IMG/VR virus record: IMGVR_UViG_3300047678_000094
Coordinates: 1-64,000 of that record
Origin: a virus
Direction: 5' to 3' (one strand)
DNA: 64,000 nt
Positions 56,492 to 64,000 of this stretch are shown here, piece by piece. Within the stretch, counting starts at the first letter, position 1. Each line of letters opens with the position of its first letter. Made by a program: the position numbers and the translations under genes. The notes beneath the pieces were generated by a model. The model saw only the letters and a program-made list of their open reading frames with translations, made no database searches and was not told where the DNA came from.

Positions 56492-56730
56492 AAAACAAGA
56501 GACTAGAAGAAGAATTTCTGAAACGAGACTTAGAAAGATAGAATCTGGAGATCTAGTTATAGTCGGACACAAACACAATGAAAGTTCAATAAATAAAATT
56601 AAAGAGAAACGTGCATTACAAATTTTCTCTGAAGAAAGTAAAAAAGAAGATGCGAGAATCAGCCAAAGGTAGACGCTGGTACAAATGTCCAGAAACAGGT
56701 AAACGTGTTTTCTATAGAGAGGCTGCGTAA
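56492..56730 (+). pseudogene. remnant C-terminus (NUMOD3-like) of a homing endonuclease
   Basis: Start-less ETRRRISE...GHKHNESSINKIKEKRA...SEESKK, then a frameshift, then KMRESAKGRRWY; AT-rich. Confidence 0.65.
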
Positions 56731-57545
56731 TGTTTGGGCAGACCTGGTCGCATGATATTATGCGTAAATACGTCATCATTTTTGGGACGTTATTCAACAA
56801 CATCTACATCACACGAAACAGCTCAAAGGGTGCACCAACCAAAACGATTAAGGTGCCACTGACATACGCACCAAAAGAAAAGATGCTTGCGCGTGTTAAC
56901 GCCGATCCTGATCTTGATAAAGCGATCGCCATCACTCTGCCGCATATGTCGTTCGAGATCAACAACTATCAGTACGCACCAGATCGTAAACTTACAACGA
57001 TCGGAAAGCACTACAAAAATCAAACTGATGGTACAACAAAGTATGTGTACCAACCTGTTCCATACGACATCGTTTTCAACCTCTATATTATGGTTAAGAA
57101 TGCCAACGATGGCACGAAAATCGTTGAACAGATTCTGCCATACTTCACACCAGAGTTTACTGTCACCGCGAACATTCTTCCGGAGATGGGTAAGACTCTT
57201 GATATTCCAATTGTCCTAAACGACACTTCAGTGCAGGACATTTACGATGGGAACTTTGAAACAAGGCGCTCTCTTGTTTGGGTTCTCACCTTTACTATGA
57301 AGGGCTATCTCTATGGTCCAATTCGACAGTCCTCGTTGATTCACTTCGCAAACACAGGATTCATCCTATCTGATGACCCCACAAACGCGAATACCGCATC
57401 ACCACGAGTAGCAACAGTAACGGCACAACCAGGTCAGCTTGCTAATGGAGAAGCTACTTCTAACATTGCACTGACTGTATCCTATGACGATGTAGATCCG
57501 AATAGTGATTACGCCTTTATCAACCAATTCTCAGAGACTCCGTAA
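56730..57545 (+). CDS. gp15: tail sheath stabilizer/terminator
   Basis: RKYVIIFGTLFNNI, VPLTYAPKEK, LPHMSFE and QILPYFTP motifs. Confidence 0.95.
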   Translation: MFGQTWSHDIMRKYVIIFGTLFNNIYITRNSSKGAPTKTIKVPLTYAPKEKMLARVNADPDLDKAIAITLPHMSFEINNYQYAPDRKLTTIGKHYKNQTDGTTKYVYQPVPYDIVFNLYIMVKNANDGTKIVEQILPYFTPEFTVTANILPEMGKTLDIPIVLNDTSVQDIYDGNFETRRSLVWVLTFTMKGYLYGPIRQSSLIHFANTGFILSDDPTNANTASPRVATVTAQPGQLANGEATSNIALTVSYDDVDPNSDYAFINQFSETP

Positions 57546-57976
57546 TGAGTAACGATCTAGACAAAGCACTCAATGTAGCGCCAGCCAAAGACACCCCTCT
57601 TGTGCATGGGGAACTTGTTGTTCCTGTTGTAGAACAACTTCCAGCTGTCATTGATGCTGACTCTTCAGATGATAAAGAGGTGGATGAAGATTTCCAACTC
57701 GCCCGTGAAAACATAAAAGAATTGCTTGAGCAAGGCAAGGACGTCTTCGCTGAGATGCTCCAGGTCGCCAAACAATCGCAACATCCAAGAGCATTCGAGG
57801 TCTTAGGCAACCTCATGAAAATTGCGGTTGACACCAACAAAGACCTATTAACGCTTAGAAAGCAAAAAAGGGAGTTGGTCAAGAAGACCGATGGGTCCCC
57901 AACTACGGTAAACAACAACCTGGTGTTGAGTACAGCCGATCTTCTCAAATTGATCAAAAATCAGACTAATGAGTAA
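57545..57976 (+). CDS. gp16: terminase small subunit
   Basis: DFQLAREN, HPRAFEV and NNNL..STADL motifs. Confidence 0.92.
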   Translation: MSNDLDKALNVAPAKDTPLVHGELVVPVVEQLPAVIDADSSDDKEVDEDFQLARENIKELLEQGKDVFAEMLQVAKQSQHPRAFEVLGNLMKIAVDTNKDLLTLRKQKRELVKKTDGSPTTVNNNLVLSTADLLKLIKNQTNE

Positions 57977-58907
57977 CGAAAGACAATCATACTTAGGAAA
58001 CCCGAAACTAAAAAGATCTAACGTCGCTGTCGAATGGACACCCCTTCAGTTGAAGGAGTACATAAAATGCTCGCAAGATCCAATTTACTTCATCCACAAA
58101 TACTGTAAGATCATTCACGTGGACCGAGGCTTGATTAACTTCAAGCTGCACGAATTCCAAGAAGAGATGATCCGAACGTTCTCGGAAAACCGTTTCGTAA
58201 TATGCAAGATGCCGCGTCAGGTGGGTAAGACCACGACGACAGCATCATACATTTTGTGGAAAGTTATCTTCAACGAATACACCAACGTCGCTATTCTTGC
58301 CAACAAAGACAAGAAGGCCCGAGAGATTCTGGACAGAATTCAGAAAATGTTCGAGAACCTCCCAAGCTGGATGCAGCAGGGTGTTACAGAATGGAACAAA
58401 GGTAACGTTGAACTTGAGAACGGTTCTAAGATCGTTGCTACATCTACATCTTCATCTGCCGCTCGTGGTGACACCTACAACCTTGTTTACCTTGATGAGT
58501 TTGCGCACGTTGAACGTAACATCCAAGACGACTTCTTCACATCCGTGTACCCAACCATTTCATCGGGTGAAAAGACGCAGCTTATCATTACATCCACACC
58601 AAAGGGTATGGAGCTCTTCTACAAAATCTGGATTGATTCTGAAGAAGGTCGCAACAGCTACAAGCGCGTTGAGGTTCACTGGTCAGATATTCCTGGTCGT
58701 GACCAGAAGTGGAAAGAACAAGAGATCGCCAACACCTCGGAAGATAAGTTCCGCCAGGAATACGAATGTGTTGATGGAAAAACAAAAATAACCATTAGAA
58801 ACAAGAAAACTGGTAAAACCAAGAAACTTACAATCAATAAATTTATAAATATGATTGTAAGTTCCTCGGAGAACGAAGATGCACTACAGAAAAGTGTGGG
58901 AGAATAA
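57969..58907 (+). CDS. gp17: terminase large subunit, N-terminal part, fused to a 46-aa N-intein (58767-58904)
   Basis: Walker A PRQVGKTT and Walker B VYLDEFA; extein ends FRQEYE, then the intein begins CVDGKTKITI. Confidence 0.93.
   Translation: MSNERQSYLGNPKLKRSNVAVEWTPLQLKEYIKCSQDPIYFIHKYCKIIHVDRGLINFKLHEFQEEMIRTFSENRFVICKMPRQVGKTTTTASYILWKVIFNEYTNVAILANKDKKAREILDRIQKMFENLPSWMQQGVTEWNKGNVELENGSKIVATSTSSSAARGDTYNLVYLDEFAHVERNIQDDFFTSVYPTISSGEKTQLIITSTPKGMELFYKIWIDSEEGRNSYKRVEVHWSDIPGRDQKWKEQEIANTSEDKFRQEYECVDGKTKITIRNKKTGKTKKLTINKFINMIVSSSENEDALQKSVGE
58844..58851 (+). promoter_or_regulatory. late promoter embedded in the N-intein coding sequence
   Basis: Exact TATAAATA ~28 nt upstream of the HNH start; GGAG RBS between them. 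Confidence 0.7.
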
Positions 58908-59451
58908 ATTTGGAAAAATCCCAACCGATGAAAATGGATTTAAATATGAAATACACCACATAGATGGTAACAGAAAAAACAATTCTATTGAAAATCTACA
59001 ATGTATAACAATTTTGGAACATCTTCAAATTCACATAAACCGTGGTGATTGGGGTGCTGTTGCTCTCATTGGAAAGAGAATTGGTCTTGGACCAAAATAT
59101 ATGTCAGAAGTCCAAAGAGGTGTTAAACGCCTGGGAGTTGGCGGTGCTAAAAAAGGAAGAACACCTTGGAACAAAAACAAAAAAGGGTGTTTCTCAAAGG
59201 AAACAATTGATAAGTTTAAAACTTCCAGAAAGGGTAGAAGATTTTCGCCATTGAAAATTTCTGATTCTGATTGTCAAAAAATTATCTCATTGTATGCTAA
59301 TAAACCAAAAATGGTTGGAGCTGGCAAGAAAAGCAAAAACGGTAGAATAATGTCTTATGAGACAGCTTTCAGCAATTGTATTTCTAAAGAATATAGCGTT
59401 ACTCCAAAACAAATATGTAACATAATAACAGGTAAACGTAATGTTCTATAA
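58879..59451 (+). mobile_element. HNH homing endonuclease between the split terminase halves
   Basis: YEIHHIDGNRKNN.IENL...EH..IH motif; TPWNK NUMOD-like segment; AT-rich. Confidence 0.9.
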
Positions 59452-60628
59452 GAACGATAACTTTGAAATTCTAACACCAAGTGGCTTCAAAGAGTTTGCT
59501 GGTGTGCAGGAAGTTATCAAATGTGGTAAAATAGAACTGACGTTGAACAATGGTAACAGATTAATCTGTGCATCCAAACACAACATTTTGACTGATAGTG
59601 GTTGGATTGAATCTGGAAAATTGAGAAGAGACAGCAAAGTAATTACCAAAGATGGTTTGGTCGGTTTATACCACATTGAACTTTTGGATGACGAACACAC
59701 ATTTTATGATATTGTCGGTGTTCCTAATTTTGAATACTATACTAATGGTATAGTTTCTCACAACTGCGAATTCCTTGGTTCCGCCAACACCCTTATCCAC
59801 CCTTCTAAGTTGCGCACATTAGCTTGGAAAAAACCAATCAAACAAAACCATCTTGGGCTCAAGGAATACTATGAGCCTGATCCAAACACCGTATATGCGA
59901 TGGTGGTGGACACGGCCCGTGGTGCAGGGGCAGACTATTCCGCATTCATCGTGGTGAACGTTTCGACGTTCCCATACAAGATTGTCGCGACGTTTAAGAA
60001 CAACACCATCTCACCATTGATTCTGCCAAACATCATTTACGAGACGGCTAAATACTACAATAATGCTTTGGTACTTGTAGAGACAAACGATATTGGTCAA
60101 CAGGTAGCAGATATTCTACACTACGATCTAGAGTATGAGGGTATGCTTGTTTCTGCCATGTCTGGTCGTAACGGCCAGTCGCTATCTGGTGGTTTCGCAA
60201 CGTCTACCCATAAAGGAGTGAGAACAACAAAACAGGTCAAGAGAATTGGATGCGCCACATTAAAGACGCTTGTTGAGTCAGACAAACTTATCATCGAGGA
60301 TGCTGATGTCATTTATGAGTTAACGAGATTCGTGCTCAAAGGACAGTCATATGAAGCTGAAGATGGTAATGATGATCTTGCTATGTGCTGTGTTCTATTT
60401 GGTTGGCTTTCTACTCAGTCATACTTACGAGAAATTACGGACCTTGATGTTAGGAAAAAGATCTACGAACAAAACGAAAGAATGCTCGAAGACGAAATGC
60501 TCCCATTCGGGATCTTTGCCACCGGGGACGATGAAATAGACGAAAAAATCAACGACGCTCCTACAGTTCTTGACCGACGTCCTAGAGACGAGTTCGGTGG
60601 GTTCTTTGGAAGCGCCGCAACAGACTAA
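59441..60628 (+). CDS. gp17: 108-aa C-intein (59441-59764) fused to terminase large subunit C-terminal nuclease part
   Basis: ILTPSGF, block B LICASKH, block F FYDI, block G IVSHN/C; then CEFLGS, VDTARG.G.DYS and DDLAMC. Confidence 0.93.
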   Translation: MFYKNDNFEILTPSGFKEFAGVQEVIKCGKIELTLNNGNRLICASKHNILTDSGWIESGKLRRDSKVITKDGLVGLYHIELLDDEHTFYDIVGVPNFEYYTNGIVSHNCEFLGSANTLIHPSKLRTLAWKKPIKQNHLGLKEYYEPDPNTVYAMVVDTARGAGADYSAFIVVNVSTFPYKIVATFKNNTISPLILPNIIYETAKYYNNALVLVETNDIGQQVADILHYDLEYEGMLVSAMSGRNGQSLSGGFATSTHKGVRTTKQVKRIGCATLKTLVESDKLIIEDADVIYELTRFVLKGQSYEAEDGNDDLAMCCVLFGWLSTQSYLREITDLDVRKKIYEQNERMLEDEMLPFGIFATGDDEIDEKINDAPTVLDRRPRDEFGGFFGSAATD

Positions 60629-60650
60629 AATTCGCGTGGAACCAGCGTTT

Positions 60651-60658
60651 TATAAATA
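60651..60658 (+). promoter_or_regulatory. T4-type late promoter for gp18
   Basis: Exact TATAAATA match. Confidence 0.78.
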
Positions 60659-60699
60659 AGAGTAACAGCTAAACCACCCGTAACGATTGTAGGGAGAAT

Positions 60700-63261
60700 A
60701 TGTCGATGACGTTCCAAGTAAGCCCAGGTATCAATGTATCAGAGATTGATTTAACAACCTCTATACCAGCCGTGGCGACCGCAGTAGGTGCGTTCGCAGG
60801 TCCATTCAACTGGGGACCCATCGGTAAATTTTCACTAATCACAGGCGAGAATGATCTCGCAGCCCGTTATGGAAAACCTAACAGCGACAACTTCGAGAGC
60901 TTCTTCTCAGCGGCAAACTATCTCGCTTATGCAAATCGTCTCTATGTAAGTCGAGCAGCTAAGACAAGCGGTTTCTCAAACACAGTCACGACAGCCCTTA
61001 TCGGAAACAACGTTCTTCTCGCATACTCTTCAGATGCTGGTCTAGCGGCTGGATATGGCGTGTTCGGAACAGGTATCCCAGATGAAGCAACAATCGTTTC
61101 TGCAAACAACACCGCTCTGTCGAATACTTTCAACGCCAACACCGCTGTTGCATCAAACGGACAAATCACTCTGTCTGCAAACCCATTCGTAACTGGTGAA
61201 ACCGTAGTTTACACTACAGCTACAGGTAACACTGTACTAACAGAACTTGCAAACAACTCAACGTACTTCGTGCGTGCAGCAAACACAACCACCCTTTATC
61301 TTTCTGCTACAGTCGACGGATCTGTTATCACCCTTACAAAAGGTGTGACGGAAGCTGGACACACACTAACTCGTAGCGGCGTGACTCGCGTAACTCTCTC
61401 AGCAAACGCCACAACCGGAAACGTTGCATCGCCACAGCTGACCACGGTCAACTACTTTGACACTGCTCTATCATTCAACGCTGTAGCAAACTCTGCCGCA
61501 GTGACAAACCGTTCAGCGGCTATCGTAAAGAACTCTGATCATTACGATACTGTAACCTTCCCTTCAGGTGTTGAGTGGGTGGCAAAATACCCATCCGACC
61601 TTGGTAACTCTCTGAAGGTATCCGTGTGTGACTCTGCTGACCAATATCAGTCAACACTTACACCATACTCAATGACAGCTGGTGGTGTTACATCCAACAG
61701 CACAGTAATCCCAGGCGGAGCAGGAATCACTGTTGCGCTGAACGCAAACAGCGCCACAATCTATGTCGCCAACTCTGCCACACTGAGCTCAGCAAACGCT
61801 GCACTTCTTGCAGAAGGGCTAGCTGATTCGTTGATTGTTGGTGACGTTCTTGAAGTTGGAAACAACTCTATCAACAAGCAAAAACTGAAGATCTCTGCAA
61901 TCGGTGCTGTGTCGACAGCTTCTGGTAACTCTTCGTTCACTGTGAGCTTCGATGGAACATATGCTCTGTCAACAGCCTTCTCAGCTAATACGATTTCTCG
62001 TTACTGGGAATATGCTTCGATTGTTGGAAAAGCCCCAGGAACAAGCCCCGCTGTTGAAGCTCTAAACCGTAGCATTGTGGATGAACTTCACATCGTTGTG
62101 GTTGATGAAGATGGCAAATTCTCTGGCGCGCCAGGAACTGTTCTCGAAGCATTCACAAGCCTATCACGTTCTACGGATGCTCGTAACGATGATGGTTCGT
62201 CAGGATACTACAAGACAACAATCAACGACCTATCTCGCTATCTCTGGTGGGCTGCAGACCGTCCAGGAGCCGCTTCAAACACCGCTGCTCTAGTCGCTGC
62301 TTCTACAGCACTTGTACCATACACAGTTTCTCTGACAGGTGGTACAACTGGTGCTTCTGAATCAGACATCGCTGCGGCCGACCTGGCAGCTGCTTGGGAT
62401 CTATTCGCAGATACAGCATCTGTAGATGTATCACTTCTGATCGCAGGTAAACCAGCCGGTGCCTCTGGAACACAGATGGCCAACTACATCATCGACAACA
62501 TCGCAGAAGCTCGCAAAGACTGCGTCGCCTTCATCTCACCACAGAAGTCTGACGTTGTCAGAACTGATGGTGCTGAGGCTGACTCTGTAGTAACCTTCCG
62601 CGATGGTCTCCGTAGCACTAGCTACGCTGTGATGGACTCTGGGTACAAGTATCAGTATGACAAGTACAATGATGTGTATCGTTGGGTTCCTTTGAACGGT
62701 GACATCGCTGGTCTAACAGCCCGTACCGACCAAACACGTGACCCTTGGTTCTCACCAGCCGGATTTAACCGTGGTTCTATCAAGAACGTGGTAAAATTGG
62801 CTTGGAACCCAAAACAAGCAGCACGTGACGTTCTGTATGGTAAAGGTATTGATCCAGTTGTTACTTTCCCAGGACAAGGTACAATCCTCTTTGGAGACAA
62901 AACTCTACTGACCAAGGAAAGCGCCTTTAACCGCATTAACATTCGTCGTCTCTTCATTATCCTAGAAAAAGCGATTGCTAACGCCGCAAACGCAATGTTG
63001 TTCGAATTCAACGACGAGTTTACTCGTGCGCAATTCAAGAACATTGTTGAGCCTTTCCTCCGTGATGTGCAAGGTCGCCGTGGTATCTACGACTTCCGCG
63101 TAGTCTGCGACGAAACAAACAACACATCAGAAGTAGTTGATAGTAGTCGCTTCGTTGGTGATATCTACATCAAGCCAGCTAAGTCGATTAATTTTATTCA
63201 ATTGAATTTTGTCGCAGTGCGTTCAGGTGTTGAATTTGATGAAATCATCGGACAATTCTAA
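60700..63261 (+). CDS. gp18: tail sheath protein
   Basis: SPGINVSEIDLT, PWFSPAGFNRG, RINIRRLF, FEFNDEFTR and IKPAKSINFI.LNF motifs. Confidence 0.97.
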   Translation: MSMTFQVSPGINVSEIDLTTSIPAVATAVGAFAGPFNWGPIGKFSLITGENDLAARYGKPNSDNFESFFSAANYLAYANRLYVSRAAKTSGFSNTVTTALIGNNVLLAYSSDAGLAAGYGVFGTGIPDEATIVSANNTALSNTFNANTAVASNGQITLSANPFVTGETVVYTTATGNTVLTELANNSTYFVRAANTTTLYLSATVDGSVITLTKGVTEAGHTLTRSGVTRVTLSANATTGNVASPQLTTVNYFDTALSFNAVANSAAVTNRSAAIVKNSDHYDTVTFPSGVEWVAKYPSDLGNSLKVSVCDSADQYQSTLTPYSMTAGGVTSNSTVIPGGAGITVALNANSATIYVANSATLSSANAALLAEGLADSLIVGDVLEVGNNSINKQKLKISAIGAVSTASGNSSFTVSFDGTYALSTAFSANTISRYWEYASIVGKAPGTSPAVEALNRSIVDELHIVVVDEDGKFSGAPGTVLEAFTSLSRSTDARNDDGSSGYYKTTINDLSRYLWWAADRPGAASNTAALVAASTALVPYTVSLTGGTTGASESDIAAADLAAAWDLFADTASVDVSLLIAGKPAGASGTQMANYIIDNIAEARKDCVAFISPQKSDVVRTDGAEADSVVTFRDGLRSTSYAVMDSGYKYQYDKYNDVYRWVPLNGDIAGLTARTDQTRDPWFSPAGFNRGSIKNVVKLAWNPKQAARDVLYGKGIDPVVTFPGQGTILFGDKTLLTKESAFNRINIRRLFIILEKAIANAANAMLFEFNDEFTRAQFKNIVEPFLRDVQGRRGIYDFRVVCDETNNTSEVVDSSRFVGDIYIKPAKSINFIQLNFVAVRSGVEFDEIIGQF

Positions 63262-63846
63262 ATGATAGATCGCACACCATATACTTACTTGATTGGCTGG
63301 AAACATCTAAACTTGTGGTATTTTGGTGTGCGATATGCTAAAAATTGTCATCCATCAGAATTATGGAAAAAATATAAAACATCATCAAAAAAAGTTTTAG
63401 AACAAGTAAAACTTTCTGGTAATCCAGATGTTATTGAGGTTCGTGATATATTTGATTGTGTTGAGAAGGCTAGAAATCATGAACATAAAGTTTTGAAAAA
63501 ACTTGGTGTTATTCGATCATCTAAGTGGTTAAACGAAACAGATAATAAATCGTTCTCAATCGAAGCTTCTAGAAAGGCATCTCTTTCTGATATTTCTAGA
63601 TTGAGAAAATCTAATTCGCATATTGGTAAACCTGGTCCAAACAGAGGCAGAAAATTTTCAGAAGAAACTAAAATGAAAATGTCTTTGGCTAGAAAAGGTA
63701 AGAAACGGCCTGAACACTCCGAAAAGATGCGCAAGGCTCAAAAAGATGGTGGATTCCATAAAGGTTTTTTACATACTTTAGAAACTCGCCAAAAAATGAG
63801 TAATTCTAGATTGAATTACTGTGCATCAAAACAACTAAATAATTAA
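63262..63846 (+). mobile_element. GIY-YIG-like homing endonuclease with NUMOD3 tail
   Basis: YTYLIGW...WYFGVR...Y.TSS and GRKFSEETKMKMS motifs; AT-rich. Confidence 0.8.
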
Positions 63847-63865
63847 GAATTAGGAGAATAGAAAT

Positions 63866-64000
63866 ATGGCCTTCTCGATCAACGAAATCAAAAGTCAGCT
63901 TGCCGGTGGTGGTGCTCGTCAGAACCTGTTCCAAGTTCGTATTACGAACCCCGCGAACGGATCAGCTGACATCAAGGTACCATTCCTTGTTCAAGCTTCG
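63866..64000 (+). CDS. gp19: tail tube protein (5' part, truncated by the window end)
   Basis: AGGAG RBS; MAFSINEIKSQLAGGGARQNLFQV. Confidence 0.92.
   Translation, partial: MAFSINEIKSQLAGGGARQNLFQVRITNPANGSADIKVPFLVQAS

Noticed and set aside
58767-59764. Group I intron as the explanation for the split gp17
   Set aside because: Both flanks encode intein motifs in frame with the exteins (Cys1 and HN/Cys+1), and I saw no intron core elements.

Overview
This window is a 64-kb segment of a T4-like myovirus genome. Its host is most likely an alphaproteobacterium, inferred from the phage's permuted two-piece tmRNA and its tRNA-His features. 1-11 kb is an accessory/translation region: tRNA-Thr, tRNA-His, a degenerate tRNA-Asn, an unassigned ~165-nt structured RNA, a HAD phosphatase, DUF932, a disrupted RNA ligase, an M15A peptidase, a mini-Bfd, the tmRNA, a beta-barrel, gp33, gp59, a methyltransferase and gp32. 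12-16.7 kb is a minus-strand block: gp4, gp2, gp54, gp26, gp51 and a tape-measure-like protein with a lysozyme domain. 16.7-64 kb is the late structural region: baseplate gp48/53/27/5/25/6/7/8, large virion proteins, collagen-like and modular fibres, a three-domain glycosyltransferase, a 2OG-Fe(II) oxygenase, and gp13-gp19 with several homing endonucleases. The most notable signals are: (1) a start-less gp51 frame reachable from gp26 by a -1 slip at T TTT TTT, directly upstream of the tape-measure-like gene, an arrangement like lambda G/GT; (2) a phage-encoded circularly permuted tmRNA with tag ANDNEDFSAMKIAA; (3) a terminase gene fractured by an atypically split intein with an HNH gene between the halves; (4) a candidate virion-glycosylation system; (5) blockwise k-mer biases inside gp7 flanking a structured intergenic region. 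All calls come from reading the sequence and recognising motifs; no searches or folding programs were run.
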